A stretch of 30,044 bases of DNA, from contig CAYHBD010000007.1 of assembly GCA_964354805.1 (NCBI GenBank), positions 1 to 30,044 on the forward strand, given 5' to 3'. The stretch comes from an uncultured archaeon. GTDB taxonomy: Archaea > Iainarchaeota > Iainarchaeia > Iainarchaeales > GCA-2688035. Positions 1-10,051 of this stretch are shown here, piece by piece (position 1 is the stretch's first letter; each line of letters begins with the position of its first letter). The notes under the pieces are model-generated. The model had not been told where the DNA came from, searched no databases, and saw only the letters and a program-made list of their open reading frames with translations. The translations under genes and the position numbers were made by a program.

Positions 1-115
1 TTCTTTCTTTTTTTCTTTAGCCATAGCATTTAAAACCGTTTTTCCAATCCCTGTTTTCTTTCCCTTTTCTTTTACCCTTAGCATTTAAAACCCTTTTTTC
101 CATTGGTTTTCTATT

Positions 116-2806
116 ATGCCCTACAATTTTGCCTCGATTGAGCGGAAATGGCAGCAGCAATGGGAAAAGAAAAAGGCGTTTGCTGCAAGGGAAACCAAGG
201 GAAAGCGCAAGTACTATGTCCTTGAAATGTTTCCTTATCCAAGCGGCAAATTGCACATGGGGCATGTGAGAAACTATTCCATTGGCGATGCCACTGCGCG
301 ATTCAAGAGAATGCAAGGTTTTAACGTGCTTTACCCAATGGGCTATGATGCGCTTGGATTGCCAGCTGAGAATGCTGCAATAAAACAGGGCGTTCACCCA
401 AAGAAATGGACCTTGGACAGAATAAAAGAAATGAGGGAGCAGCAGAAGCGCCTTGGTTTCAGCTATGACTGGAGCAGAATGGTTGCAACATGCGAACCAG
501 AATACTATAAATGGAACCAGTGGTTTTTCCTGCAATTGCTCAAGAAAGGGCTTGCGTACAAGGCAAAGGCAAAAAGCAACTGGTGCAACAGCTGCAAAAC
601 TGTTTTGGCAAACGAGCAGGTTGTGGAAGGAAAATGCTGGCGTTGCCACAATGAGGTTGAGGAAAAAGAATTCGAGCAATGGTTTTTCAAAATAACAAAA
701 TACGCTGACGAGCTATTGAACGATTTGGAAAAGTTAAAGGATTGGCCGCAAAGGGTCAGGACAATGCAGAAAAACTGGATTGGAAAAAGCAAGGGAATTG
801 AGGTTTATTTCAGGGAACGAGATTCCGGGAAAGCTATTCCGACTTTTACAACAAGGCCTGACACTCTTTTTGGCGTAACATTTGTTGCATTTGCGCCAGA
901 GCACCCTCTTGTAATGGGATTTGTTAAAGGAACTGAATTGGAAGCTGATGTGAAAAGATTTGTTGAAGAGGTCAGGGGGCAAAGCCTTATTGACAGGCTT
1001 GCTGAAGGAAAAGAAAAAAGGGGCATATTCCTTGGGAAATATGCAGTAAATCCTGTGAATGAAGAGGTTGTTCCAATCTTTGCAGCTGATTTCGCTGTTC
1101 TTGAATATGGCACTGGAATGGTTATGTGTGTTCCGGCCCATGACCAGAGGGATTTTGAGTTTGCTGAAAAGTATGAATTGCAGCGCAAGGTTGTGATTCA
1201 GCCAAAGGAAAAGCAGCTTGATGCATTTGCAATGGAAAAAGCATATGTTGATGAGGGAATTCTTGCAAACAGCGGGCAGTTTGATGGAATGCAGAATTTG
1301 GCTGCGATTGAAAAAATAAGCGATTGGCTTGAAAAAGGCGGAAAAGGCAAGAGAATAACAAACTACAAGCTTAGGGACTGGCTTATTTCAAGGCAGCGCT
1401 TCTGGGGAACTCCAATACCGATAATTTACTGTGAAAAATGCGGAATGCAGCCAGTGCCGGAAAAAGAGTTGCCTGTTCTATTGCCGGAAAATGCCCCGTT
1501 TACCGGGGAAGGAAACCCTTTGGATAAAGTGAAGGGCTTTGTTGAAACAAAGTGCCCGAAATGCAAGGGCAGGGCAAGAAGGGAAACTGACACAATGGAT
1601 ACTTTTGTTGACAGCAGCTGGTATTTTTTGAGGTACTGCAACCCAAAGGCAAAGGAAATGTTTGACAGGAAGGCAGCAAAATACTGGATGCCTGTTGACC
1701 AGTACATTGGCGGCATAGAGCACGCGATAATGCACCTTCTTTATGCAAGGTTTTTCACCAAAGCCCTGCGGGATCTGGACCTGCTTTCTTTTGACGAGCC
1801 TTTCGCAAGGCTTTTAACGCAGGGAATGGTGCTCAAGGATGGAAAGGTCATGAGCAAAAGCGCAGGCAATGTTGTTGACCCTGGAACCATAATCGAAAAA
1901 TTTGGCGCTGACACTGCAAGGGCATTTATTTTAAGCGTTGCCCTGCCAGAAAAGGAACTGGAGTGGAGCGACAAGGGAGCTGAAGCGGTATTCAAATTTT
2001 TAAGCAGATTTTTTGAATTTGTTGCAGAGAATAAGAAAATGTTTGCTAAAGGAAAAATAAATGCGAAAAAATTAAGCAGCAGGGAAAAGCTTTTGCTGAG
2101 CAAAACCCATAGGGCAATAATTTCCGCAACAGGGCAGATGCAGGGATTTGAATTCAACTTTGCATTGAACAACATAATGCAATTGTTCAATGCAATGCAG
2201 AAAGAGGAAAAACTGGAAAAGAATGTTGCCGGCTTTACAGCAAGAACGCTTGTTCAGCTGCTTGCGCCGTTTGCACCGCACTTGTGCGAGGAATTGTGGC
2301 AGCAGCTTGGAGAAAAAGGCAGTGTAAGCTTGAGCAAATGGCCGATTGCAGACAAAAAAATGATTGACAGGAAGGCAGAGGAACAGGAAAAATTCATTGA
2401 AACAGTGAAACTAGATGTCCAGAAAATAAAGCAGCTTGCAAGAATAGAGAAGCCGAGGAGAATTGTTTTTTTCACAGCGCCGGCTTGGAAGTGGAAGGCA
2501 ATTGCAATTGCTGCAAAGGCGTGCAAGGAAAAGCCGGATGTTGGCGCAACAATCAAGGCATTGATGCTGGATCCTGAAATAAGAAAGCAGGGCAATGAAG
2601 TGCCTGGCTTTGCAAAAGCGCTTGTTGCAAAAGTGATGGAATTGCAGGAAGCGGAAAAAATTGATGAAGCTGCTGCATTGAGTGAGGCAAAAAAAGAGCT
2701 GGAAAAAATGGTTGAATGCAAAATTGAAATAGAGAAAGCGGAAGCAAGCACCCACCCAAAAGCGAGAAACGCATTTCCCTTAAAGCCGGCAATTTTGATG
2801 GAATAA
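116..2806 (+). CDS. leuS: Leucyl-tRNA synthetase (bacterial-type core, archaeal-type C-terminal domain)
   Basis: 896 aa; [13 protein letters not shown] (HIGH), FTTRPDT and [15 protein letters not shown] editing-domain motifs, [16 protein letters not shown] (KMSKS variant). Confidence 0.98.
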   Translation: MPYNFASIERKWQQQWEKKKAFAARETKGKRKYYVLEMFPYPSGKLHMGHVRNYSIGDATARFKRMQGFNVLYPMGYDALGLPAENAAIKQGVHPKKWTLDRIKEMREQQKRLGFSYDWSRMVATCEPEYYKWNQWFFLQLLKKGLAYKAKAKSNWCNSCKTVLANEQVVEGKCWRCHNEVEEKEFEQWFFKITKYADELLNDLEKLKDWPQRVRTMQKNWIGKSKGIEVYFRERDSGKAIPTFTTRPDTLFGVTFVAFAPEHPLVMGFVKGTELEADVKRFVEEVRGQSLIDRLAEGKEKRGIFLGKYAVNPVNEEVVPIFAADFAVLEYGTGMVMCVPAHDQRDFEFAEKYELQRKVVIQPKEKQLDAFAMEKAYVDEGILANSGQFDGMQNLAAIEKISDWLEKGGKGKRITNYKLRDWLISRQRFWGTPIPIIYCEKCGMQPVPEKELPVLLPENAPFTGEGNPLDKVKGFVETKCPKCKGRARRETDTMDTFVDSSWYFLRYCNPKAKEMFDRKAAKYWMPVDQYIGGIEHAIMHLLYARFFTKALRDLDLLSFDEPFARLLTQGMVLKDGKVMSKSAGNVVDPGTIIEKFGADTARAFILSVALPEKELEWSDKGAEAVFKFLSRFFEFVAENKKMFAKGKINAKKLSSREKLLLSKTHRAIISATGQMQGFEFNFALNNIMQLFNAMQKEEKLEKNVAGFTARTLVQLLAPFAPHLCEELWQQLGEKGSVSLSKWPIADKKMIDRKAEEQEKFIETVKLDVQKIKQLARIEKPRRIVFFTAPAWKWKAIAIAAKACKEKPDVGATIKALMLDPEIRKQGNEVPGFAKALVAKVMELQEAEKIDEAAALSEAKKELEKMVECKIEIEKAEASTHPKARNAFPLKPAILME

Positions 2807-2840
2807 AAAAAAGTGAATCGTTGGAAAAAGGTTGTTTTAA

Positions 2841-3191
2841 ATGAAACCCCGCAGAAGGACTAAAAAACGAAGCAGGCTTCAAAGATGGAAGCAAATAAAA
2901 ATGAGGAGTAGTACGATGCCAAGCGAGGGCGCTCGGTTTAGAATGACACAAAAACTGCGGCGTAGGAAAGCGAATAGAGGAAATGAAATGCCAAATAGCA
3001 ATAGCTCAATTTACCAGCAGGTTGGAACACTTTTAAGGCAAATCAAGTTAGTTCCTCAAGATACGTTGGACGACGCAGAGCAAAATATTATTGCCAGAAT
3101 CGAGCAGATTCACTCTGGTCAGCAGGTTGGCAGGATTATACCAACTGATGTTAATAGATTGCAAACTATTGCCAGGAAACTTAGAAGATAA
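2841..3191 (+). CDS. Hypothetical protein with very basic N-terminus
   Basis: 116-aa ATG ORF filling the gap between convergent leuS and argS; no recognised motif; start uncertain. Confidence 0.55.
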   Translation: MKPRRRTKKRSRLQRWKQIKMRSSTMPSEGARFRMTQKLRRRKANRGNEMPNSNSSIYQQVGTLLRQIKLVPQDTLDDAEQNIIARIEQIHSGQQVGRIIPTDVNRLQTIARKLRR

Positions 3192-3196
3192 TTTGG

Positions 3197-4918
3197 TCAC
3201 ATTCTCTCAATTGCCTCAATGTTAAGCAATTGCAGCCCGTTTTTGAGGACTTGTGCTGTTGCCTGAACCAGTGCAAGCCTTTCTTTTTTCAATTCAATGT
3301 TTTCTGCCTGCAGCACAGGGTGCGCATGGTAAAAAGTGTTGAATGCTTCTGCTGTTTCAATCAAAAACTGGCACAGGATATGCGGGCTTAGTGAGTCAGC
3401 GCTTTTTTGCACAATTGAAGGGAAATCGCTCAATAATTTGATTAACTGTTTTTCTTCTTCGCTTGCCAGCTGCTTGAATTGCAAGCCCTGCAGGCTGACT
3501 TTTTTCGCTTTGCCCAAAATGCTTTTTGCCCTTGCGTAAGTATATTGAATATATGGGCCTGTTTCGCCCTCAAAAGCAAGGCTTTCCTTTGGCTTGAAAT
3601 GCAAATCCTTTTGGATTGCGGTTTTTAGCATAAAGAATTTTATTGCAGCTAACGCAATGGCGTTTGCCCTCAGCTGCAACTCCTTTTTCCCAATTTCCTT
3701 CTCCCTTTTTTGAACCTCTGCTGATGCCAGCTGTTCCATTTCATCCATTATTTCATCAGCATCAACAACCTTGCCTTCCCTGCTCTTCAATTTTCCCTCC
3801 GGCAAAAAAACCATTCCATGACTCAAGTGCCTGCATTTGGGTGCAAAAGAAAAGCCGAGCAACTCAAAAACCTTGAACAGCTGCTGGAAGTAAAGGTTCT
3901 GCTCTGAACCAACAACCCAAATGCTTTCATCAAGCTTAAAGCGCTCAAATTTGTGTTTTGTTAAAGCCAAATCGTTTGTGATATAAATGCTTGTTCCATC
4001 TGGTCTCAAAACTATTTTGTCGGGCAGGCCGTGCTGCTCAAGCCTTGCAACCAAAGCGCCTTCGCTGTTCAAAGAGAATATCCCTTTCTTTTTGCCCTCT
4101 TCAATCAAAGGTTTTGCCTTATCGTAAAACTGTGATTCAAAAAACCACTGGTCAAAGCAGCTGCCGAAGCGCTTGTAGGTTTGCCTGAAGCCCTGCAAAA
4201 CCCAGCTGTTCAGCTTTTTCCACAGGGCAATTGTTTTGGCATCCTTTTTCTCCCACTGCAGCAGCAATTCATAAGCCTGCTTTTCCAATTCAGGATTCTC
4301 AGCCAGCTTTTTGTTATACAAAACATAATAGTAGCCTACAAAATGGTCAGGCTTTTGCTTTGCCTTTTCTGGCGTTGTACCTTTCCCGAACAATTTGTAC
4401 GCAAGCATGCTTTTGCAGATGTGGATGCCCCTGTCGTTCACCAGGTTTGCCTTAATTACATTGCTACCTGTTGCCTGCAGCAGATTGCTTATTGCCATTC
4501 CAATTGAATCATTCCGCAAATGCCCCAAATGCAGTGGCTTGTTTGAATTAGGGCTGCTGTACTCAACCATTGCCCGCTTTCCCCTGCATGCATTGCTTTG
4601 CCCAAATTTTTCTTTTTGCTTCAAAATTGCCGCAATTGTTGGAGCCGCAATCGCTTCCTTTCCCAAAAAGAAATTCAAATAGGGGCCGACGGCAATTGCC
4701 CTTTCAACAGAAGAAGGCAGCTGAACCTTTTCAGCCAATTCCTTTGCTATTGCGGCAGGCTGTTTTTTCAGAATTGCAGCGAGCTTGAAGCAGGGAAAAG
4801 CAATGTCGCCCAAGTTCTGGGCAGGAGGAACAGCAAGCAGTAGCAGCACTTCAGCCTGCTTTAGCTTCTCGCTTAAAGCAGCCGCAATCGCTTTTGCAAT
4901 TTCCTGCCTTGCATCCAT
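3197..4918 (-). CDS. argS: Arginyl-tRNA synthetase
   Basis: 573 aa; VEYSSPNSNKPLHLGHLRN, KLKSREG, FEGETGPYIQYTYAR, C-terminal IERM. Confidence 0.98.
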   Translation of the reverse strand: MDARQEIAKAIAAALSEKLKQAEVLLLLAVPPAQNLGDIAFPCFKLAAILKKQPAAIAKELAEKVQLPSSVERAIAVGPYLNFFLGKEAIAAPTIAAILKQKEKFGQSNACRGKRAMVEYSSPNSNKPLHLGHLRNDSIGMAISNLLQATGSNVIKANLVNDRGIHICKSMLAYKLFGKGTTPEKAKQKPDHFVGYYYVLYNKKLAENPELEKQAYELLLQWEKKDAKTIALWKKLNSWVLQGFRQTYKRFGSCFDQWFFESQFYDKAKPLIEEGKKKGIFSLNSEGALVARLEQHGLPDKIVLRPDGTSIYITNDLALTKHKFERFKLDESIWVVGSEQNLYFQQLFKVFELLGFSFAPKCRHLSHGMVFLPEGKLKSREGKVVDADEIMDEMEQLASAEVQKREKEIGKKELQLRANAIALAAIKFFMLKTAIQKDLHFKPKESLAFEGETGPYIQYTYARAKSILGKAKKVSLQGLQFKQLASEEEKQLIKLLSDFPSIVQKSADSLSPHILCQFLIETAEAFNTFYHAHPVLQAENIELKKERLALVQATAQVLKNGLQLLNIEAIERM

Positions 4919-4972
4919 TTTGCATCAACCAAATAATATGTTTTGTAAGTTAATTAATTTTTTCATTCACTG

Positions 4973-5299
4973 CTATTTTCTTTGCTGTAGGTCTTTTACG
5001 ACCCCCCAAACTCTTGGCCCGAGTTTTATTGCAAGCGCTTGTTCCAGATCGCCGCTGCTTACACCATACCTTTTTGCTATTTTAGAGAAAATTCTTGCCG
5101 CTCCACTCTTGCTTTCAACGTGAATAAATGCAGCAACCAATGCCCTGACATGGGAAGGTTTTAGCCTTTTTGCAAGGGAACCAAGCCGCCTCCGATGCAA
5201 GTGCAACTCTGCCTCGGAATGGGCAGGACCATAATATTCCCGACGAACTATTTTCTTATTCTTATTAATATTTCCGGCAGTTGTTCTTTTCTTTAGCAA
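4973..5299 (-). CDS. Hypothetical basic protein
   Basis: 108-aa ORF, TTG start preceded by GGTGA; lies between tRNA-Arg and argS; no recognised motif. Confidence 0.55.
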   Translation of the reverse strand: MLKKRTTAGNINKNKKIVRREYYGPAHSEAELHLHRRRLGSLAKRLKPSHVRALVAAFIHVESKSGAARIFSKIAKRYGVSSGDLEQALAIKLGPRVWGVVKDLQQRK

Positions 5300-5312
5300 T
5301 TTCCATCACCTG

Positions 5313-5356
5313 TTTTCTTTTGGTACAGATTTTCTTTTCCTAAAAGAAAATCTGTA
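5313..5356. repeat. Family B hairpin repeat at the tRNA-Arg 3' end
   Basis: TTTTCTTTTGG then the perfect inverted repeat TACAGATTTTCTTTT-CCT-AAAAGAAAATCTGTA (5324-5356). Confidence 0.85.
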
Positions 5357-5357
5357 A

Positions 5358-5449
5358 CGGACCCGGAGGGATTCGAACCCTCGACCTACTGCTGACCCCC
5401 TTTGGAAAGGTAGAAGGCAGTCGCCCTATCCAGGCTAGGCTACGGGTCC
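5358..5449 (-). tRNA. tRNA-Arg(TCT) with 17-nt intron at 37/38 (5394-5410)
   Basis: GGACCCG/CGGGTCC acceptor, ACTGC/GCAGT anticodon stem, GAGGG-TTCGAAT-CCCTC T arm; BHB motif with CTTC/GGGG helix and TAC/TCA bulges; no CCA. Confidence 0.95.
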
Positions 5450-5494
5450 ATTATAATAAAATAATGCGTAAGGGGAATTAAAAGTTTTGTTTTT

Positions 5495-5923
5495 TCATTT
5501 TATTTCAAATATTTCGCTGAATTTCCCTTTTTCCGCTATTTTGCCCTGCCTGCTGTCAAGCAGCCATACGTGCAGCTTTGGATCAGAGAATTCCCTTGAA
5601 AGGAACTTTTTTGGCGCAACCCTCTTGAATCCGTTCAGTTTTTTTCTCCTGTAGAATTCAAGGCCGTCGTGGGGCAGAACGAAAACGAATTCGTCAACCT
5701 CGCTTGCGTAAGGCAGCTTTGCTTTCAGCTTGCCCTGGCTTGGCCTTGTTAAAACCTCTATGCCGATTGTTTTGTTTTTTGCCTGCACAAGAAAATCAAA
5801 CCTGCCCTCTCTCTCACTGCCATGCTTTTCAAGCAGGACTGTTTTTTCCGGGGCAATGCTCAAAATAGCAGGGTTATTGACCCGCATTTTGTTCAATTCG
5901 TGGAATACAACAAGGTGCATCAA
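5495..5923 (-). CDS. PD-(D/E)xK-like nuclease-fold protein
   Basis: 142 aa; RFDFLVQAKNKTIGIEV resembles the D...ExK core; KLPYASEVDEFVFVLP downstream. Confidence 0.6.
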   Translation of the reverse strand: MMHLVVFHELNKMRVNNPAILSIAPEKTVLLEKHGSEREGRFDFLVQAKNKTIGIEVLTRPSQGKLKAKLPYASEVDEFVFVLPHDGLEFYRRKKLNGFKRVAPKKFLSREFSDPKLHVWLLDSRQGKIAEKGKFSEIFEIK

Positions 5924-6109
5924 TTTAGTGAAAGCATTTCCGTTGCATTCAATTGGCAGCTATTACCACCAAATAATCCATTACTGTTAATTTATATTTA
6001 AACCTGCCTGTTGCCCAAAAAACAGCAAAAATCCCTAAAATTAACTAATTCACTGCCAAAAGTAAAGTTTTTATATGCTTTTGGGGCTATATTTCTTACA
6101 GGGTTTTTT

Positions 6110-6283
6110 ATGGCTGAAGGCGGTAATACAGCGGAAATAATGGTTGCACTAGTGGTAGTTGTAGCCTCTTTTATGTACGTTTACGATGCCCTGACAAGGA
6201 TTTCGCATATGGATGTTTTGCTGGCTGTCCTTGCATTCGGCGGCGGCCTGGTTTACTTGTTCAGCAACATTTGGCACAAATAA
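6110..6283 (+). CDS. Small two-helix membrane protein
   Basis: ATG at 6110 gives 57 aa (MAEGGNTAEIMVALVVVV...) with two hydrophobic segments; TTTATAT box about 35-40 nt upstream. Confidence 0.6.
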   Translation: MAEGGNTAEIMVALVVVVASFMYVYDALTRISHMDVLLAVLAFGGGLVYLFSNIWHK

Positions 6284-6417
6284 TTGATGGCAATTTTCTG
6301 TTTTTTTTTGTTAAATTCCGTTAATTTTGCAGTTAATGAAATTTTAGGGCAATTCAAGAGGCATTTTCCCAAAATTTTAAAACTGATAGTTTTTTATTCC
6401 GGTTAATCTAATTCTGT

Positions 6418-7176
6418 ATGAGCAATATGCCTGAGAGCGCAGCTGGCAAAAAAATGCGCGCCATTTTGCAGCATTTGAAGCAAAACCCAGCGTACATTGT
6501 AATTATTGCATTGATTGCACTAGCCATTCTTTTCCTGTGGCAGGCAATCCTTTTCACTGCAATTACACTGCTTGTGATAATTGTAATCGCGGTTGCAGCA
6601 ATGAAAATCAAGTACAGGAAGCCGAGCTTAAAAGAACTGCAGGCTCAAAAGAACCAGCTGCTGGCTGCAATAAAGATTGCTGAGCAACGCTACCTGCAAA
6701 GAAAGTTGAGCGAACAGGACTTCAGCAAAATCTTCAAGGAAAAGCAGCAACAGCTGATTAAAATAGAGGCCCTGATTGACCAGCAATACAGCAAGGAAAA
6801 GGGCGCTGCTTTAAGCGATGAACTGCGCGATGTTGAGGCAAAAAAAAGGCATATTCTGCAGGGCCTGCTTGAAGAGAAGAGGAGAATTGTAAAAGAAATG
6901 GATATCGCTGAAAAGCGCTATCTCCAGAGAAAAATTGACGCTGCAACATACCAGGCGCTGGTGCAGAAAAACCAGGAAAAGCTGATTGAAGCAGAAGCCC
7001 AGATAAAGCAATTGTACGCCGAAGGCGGAGTCCAAAAGGTAATGCAGGGTTTAAAACAACAACTGCACGGCATGGAACAGGAAAAGAAAAAGCAAAAAAA
7101 AGAACGGGAAAAAAGTGAAAAGGAAAAAGAGCGGGAAATAGCCGAAGAAATAACGCAGCAGGTGATGGAGAAATAG
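6418..7176 (+). CDS. Membrane-anchored coiled-coil protein with internal duplication
   Basis: Two N-terminal TM segments, then a Q/E/K-rich helical region containing two IAE(Q/K)RYLQRK repeats. Confidence 0.8.
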   Translation: MSNMPESAAGKKMRAILQHLKQNPAYIVIIALIALAILFLWQAILFTAITLLVIIVIAVAAMKIKYRKPSLKELQAQKNQLLAAIKIAEQRYLQRKLSEQDFSKIFKEKQQQLIKIEALIDQQYSKEKGAALSDELRDVEAKKRHILQGLLEEKRRIVKEMDIAEKRYLQRKIDAATYQALVQKNQEKLIEAEAQIKQLYAEGGVQKVMQGLKQQLHGMEQEKKKQKKEREKSEKEKEREIAEEITQQVMEK

Positions 7177-7209
7177 CTACAACTAGGTCAGCAATCAGCC
7201 GAGAAACAT

Positions 7210-7713
7210 CTATTGCTTTTCTGCATTTTCACCCAATGCCTGTTGCAACAGCTTTTGCGCAAATTTTTCCGCTGGCCTCAGCTTTTCTGAATCCAGTTCA
7301 AAAATGCTTTTGATTGTCAGGCTGTCAACAACTGTCGCGCCGGCTGTTGCAAGAATGTTTCCCATTCTTTTTATTGTTGTGCCGGGCAGAACAGTGCATG
7401 TTGCAAACAGGGCAAAGCGCTTTCCCTTTATATTCTGCAGCTTCCGCAAATAAGACACAATTATCGGGCTAGGGCAAAAGCCCCAGACTGGGGTTCCAAT
7501 CAAAACAAGGTCAAAAGCATGCACATCAAGCAAAGGGTCAGCCAAAGGCAGGTCTTTTTCGCTTTTCTTATACATGCCGGCCTTCAATTCATCAACAGGC
7601 TTCACTTTGAATAATGTTACCTTATGCTCTTTTGCAAAAAATTGCTGCAGCGCCAGGGCAAGCTTTTCAGTCCTGCCTGTTTTGCTGTAAAAAGCGATTA
7701 AAATGTTCATCAT
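7210..7713 (-). CDS. Flavodoxin-family protein
   Basis: ILIAFYSKTGRT FMN-binding loop, LIGTPVW, FALFAT. Confidence 0.9.
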   Translation of the reverse strand: MMNILIAFYSKTGRTEKLALALQQFFAKEHKVTLFKVKPVDELKAGMYKKSEKDLPLADPLLDVHAFDLVLIGTPVWGFCPSPIIVSYLRKLQNIKGKRFALFATCTVLPGTTIKRMGNILATAGATVVDSLTIKSIFELDSEKLRPAEKFAQKLLQQALGENAEKQ

Positions 7714-7734
7714 GGCACCATCCAGGCAAGATTT

Positions 7735-8637
7735 TTACTTGAAAGCATTTAAAAAATTAAACACATTCAAAGGCAAAGCTGTTAAATCATAACCGCCCTC
7801 CAGAATAGCAAAGCAGGGAACGCCCTTTTCTTTTGCTTTCCAGTTTATGACTTTCCCGATTGCGTTGAATGTAGCATGATTTTCAATCGCAAGTTGGGTT
7901 CCAACAATGCCGGCATCGGATGCAAAAATGTCAAAGCCAGCTGAAACAGCCAGCAATTGGGGCTGAAAGAGGTCAAAGCATTCAGTGAAAGTTTTCTCAA
8001 ACAAGCACAAATATTGCCGGTCATTCAAGCCGGCTTCCAATGGAACATTCCTCACATGCGCATTGTTTTCGCTTTCAAAGCCAGTGCCTGGAAAAGTGAA
8101 GGCAGGGTCTTGATGCAGGGAAAGATAGAAAACACTTTTATCATTGTAAAAAATTTCCTCTGTTCCATTGCCGCAATGCAAATCGAAATCAACTATCATC
8201 GCCCTGCCAATTCCTTTCCTGCGCTGCATTGCCCTGACTGCAAAAGCAATGTTGTTGAAATAGCAGAAGCCGCCGAAGAAATTGCTGCCTGCATGGTGCC
8301 CAGGAGGCCTTGCCAAAGAAAAAGCAAATTCCTTTTCACCCAGCTCGGCTGCTCTCAATGCTGCGCCGCACGCAAGCTTGGCAATGCCAAAAGTGTTGCG
8401 GTTGAAAACATTGTCGCCTGTTGAAACAGCTTCCCTGCTCAATCTCTTCACATCATTTATCAGGCTCTGCTTATGCACAAGCAGCAAATCTTTTTCATTC
8501 ACTTTCAAAGGCTGTTCAAATTTCTTAAACCCTTTCTTTTGCAAAAAATCAATTATTGCAATTAACCGTTCCTTTCTCTCCGGATGCATGCCAGTTTCAT
8601 GCTGCAAAAATTTTTCACTGCAAACAATTGCAACCAA
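7735..8637 (-). CDS. Histone deacetylase / AcuC-AphA family amidohydrolase
   Basis: HPE, RPPGHHAG, GFCYFNN, DFDLHCGNGT, SLHQ, AGFD and EGGY motifs. Confidence 0.95.
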   Translation of the reverse strand: MVAIVCSEKFLQHETGMHPERKERLIAIIDFLQKKGFKKFEQPLKVNEKDLLLVHKQSLINDVKRLSREAVSTGDNVFNRNTFGIAKLACGAALRAAELGEKEFAFSLARPPGHHAGSNFFGGFCYFNNIAFAVRAMQRRKGIGRAMIVDFDLHCGNGTEEIFYNDKSVFYLSLHQDPAFTFPGTGFESENNAHVRNVPLEAGLNDRQYLCLFEKTFTECFDLFQPQLLAVSAGFDIFASDAGIVGTQLAIENHATFNAIGKVINWKAKEKGVPCFAILEGGYDLTALPLNVFNFLNAFK

Positions 8638-8649
8638 TCAGGTTCACCG

Positions 8650-9744
8650 TTAAATTCTTCCAAAACTAATAACCAAAAAGATGCAGTAAATTATGACTAG
8701 GGTAAATGACTCAATTCTCTCAATTTTGTAATTGTTTCTCAGGAAAACCAAAAAAAGCCAGCTAATGCCCACAAAGAATAAAAAGTCAATTAACATGGCA
8801 TTGAAAGAAAAAGAAATAGGGTTTGCTATTGCAGCCAAGCCTCCGACCAGAAAAACATCGCTTATGTTGCTTCCAATAAGGTTTCCAACCATTATTGCAG
8901 GAACACCTTTCCTCAAAGAAGTGATTGCAACAGCCATTTCAGGCAGGCTTGTTCCAACAGCAACAAAAACAGTGCCAATCACCCACTGGTTTATCGGCAA
9001 AGCAGATGCTGCTGTCACCAGCAGGTTTGCCCCAAAGAAAATGCATATTGCCCCGATTGCAATGAAAAACAACTGTAGCAAAAAGAACCTGATTGCATTA
9101 AACTCTGCCTTCACTGCCTTGTCAAGCCCTGTTAAAAAAAACCCGATTCCATAAACAGCGTAATGGAAGCGCTTATTCCTTACATTGCGCCAAAGCGATC
9201 CGCTGAAGCCATGCTGTTCAATTCGCTCTTTCCTGATTAAGTCAGCGTATTCCTTTAGATACCTGCTGAACTTTTTCTCGTGCACTATTGCCTTTTTCGT
9301 TGAAATAAAATACGCCAAATAAACAAAAAACAGCAAAAGCAGGATTATTCCTTCCATTCTGCTCAGCAAGCCATTCAAGCAGAATAACGAGAAAAGCACT
9401 CCGCTTGCAAACACTACAAAAACAACCTTGCTGTACAGCTCTTTGTCAACAGCAATCGGAACAAACAATCCGGCCAAGCCAAGAATCAATGCAATGTTCG
9501 CGATATTGCTTCCGACAATGTTTCCAATTGCGATCCCGCTGTTGCCGTAAATCGCAGCTGTAACGCTTGCACCAACCTCAGGCATTACTGTTCCAGTTGC
9601 AACAATAGTCAGGCCAATGACAAACTCGCTCAAGCCAAACTGCCTTGCAAGCCTGGCAGCAGCGCTCACCAGCCAGTCAGCGCCCTTAACCAGCAAAGCC
9701 AAGCCAAACAAAAAAACCAAAACAGTAAACAACAAGCCCTGCAT
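8650..9744 (-). CDS. Ca2+/Na+ antiporter (CaCA, YrbG-like)
   Basis: Two alpha repeats GTVMPE...GNIVGSNIAN and GTSLPE...GNLIGSNISD; multiple TM helices. Confidence 0.92.
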   Translation of the reverse strand: MQGLLFTVLVFLFGLALLVKGADWLVSAAARLARQFGLSEFVIGLTIVATGTVMPEVGASVTAAIYGNSGIAIGNIVGSNIANIALILGLAGLFVPIAVDKELYSKVVFVVFASGVLFSLFCLNGLLSRMEGIILLLLFFVYLAYFISTKKAIVHEKKFSRYLKEYADLIRKERIEQHGFSGSLWRNVRNKRFHYAVYGIGFFLTGLDKAVKAEFNAIRFFLLQLFFIAIGAICIFFGANLLVTAASALPINQWVIGTVFVAVGTSLPEMAVAITSLRKGVPAIMVGNLIGSNISDVFLVGGLAAIANPISFSFNAMLIDFLFFVGISWLFLVFLRNNYKIERIESFTLVIIYCIFLVISFGRI

Positions 9745-9795
9745 TGAAAATCAGATAAGAAAAAAGGTTTAAGTGAATAAAAAGCTTGCGATTGT

Positions 9796-9879
9796 AAAGC
9801 CATTTTCTTTTGATACAGCTTTTCTCGCGAAGCCACTTTTCTTTTGATACAACTTTTCTTTTTCTAAAAGAAAAGTTGT
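9796..9879. repeat. Family B tandem units plus hairpin at the tRNA-Leu 3' end
   Basis: Two AAGCCA(C)TTTTCTTTTGATACA units; the second continues into ACAACTTTTCTTTT-TCT-AAAAGAAAAGTTGT, ending on the discriminator base. Confidence 0.85.
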
Positions 9880-10008
9880 GCGGGAGGGCGGATTCGAACC
9901 GCCGAAGCCACTAAGGCACCAGCCAACTGCAGCTTTTTCCCAAGGCTTTTTTGCCTTGCAAAAAAGGCTTCCTCAAGCTGGCGGAATAGACCGCTATCCG
10001 ACTCCCGC
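9879..10008 (-). tRNA. tRNA-Leu(GAG) with 46-nt intron (9925-9970)
   Basis: GCGGGAG/CTCCCGC acceptor, CCAGC/GCTGG anticodon stem, long variable arm, GGCGG-TTCGAAT-CCGCC T arm, A discriminator; mature length 84 nt. Confidence 0.92.
9933..9970. repeat. Family A hairpin repeat inside the tRNA-Leu intron
   Basis: CTTTTTCCCAAGGCTTTTTTGC-CTT-GCAAAAAAGGCTT. Confidence 0.9.
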
Positions 10009-10051
10009 GTTAAAACAATTCAGGCAAAAAAAGGATTTAAAGCTTTGCAAC

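Noticed and set aside
4973-5923. Integrated element at tRNA-Arg
   Set aside because: No integrase and no duplicated tRNA 3' end (att site) were seen.
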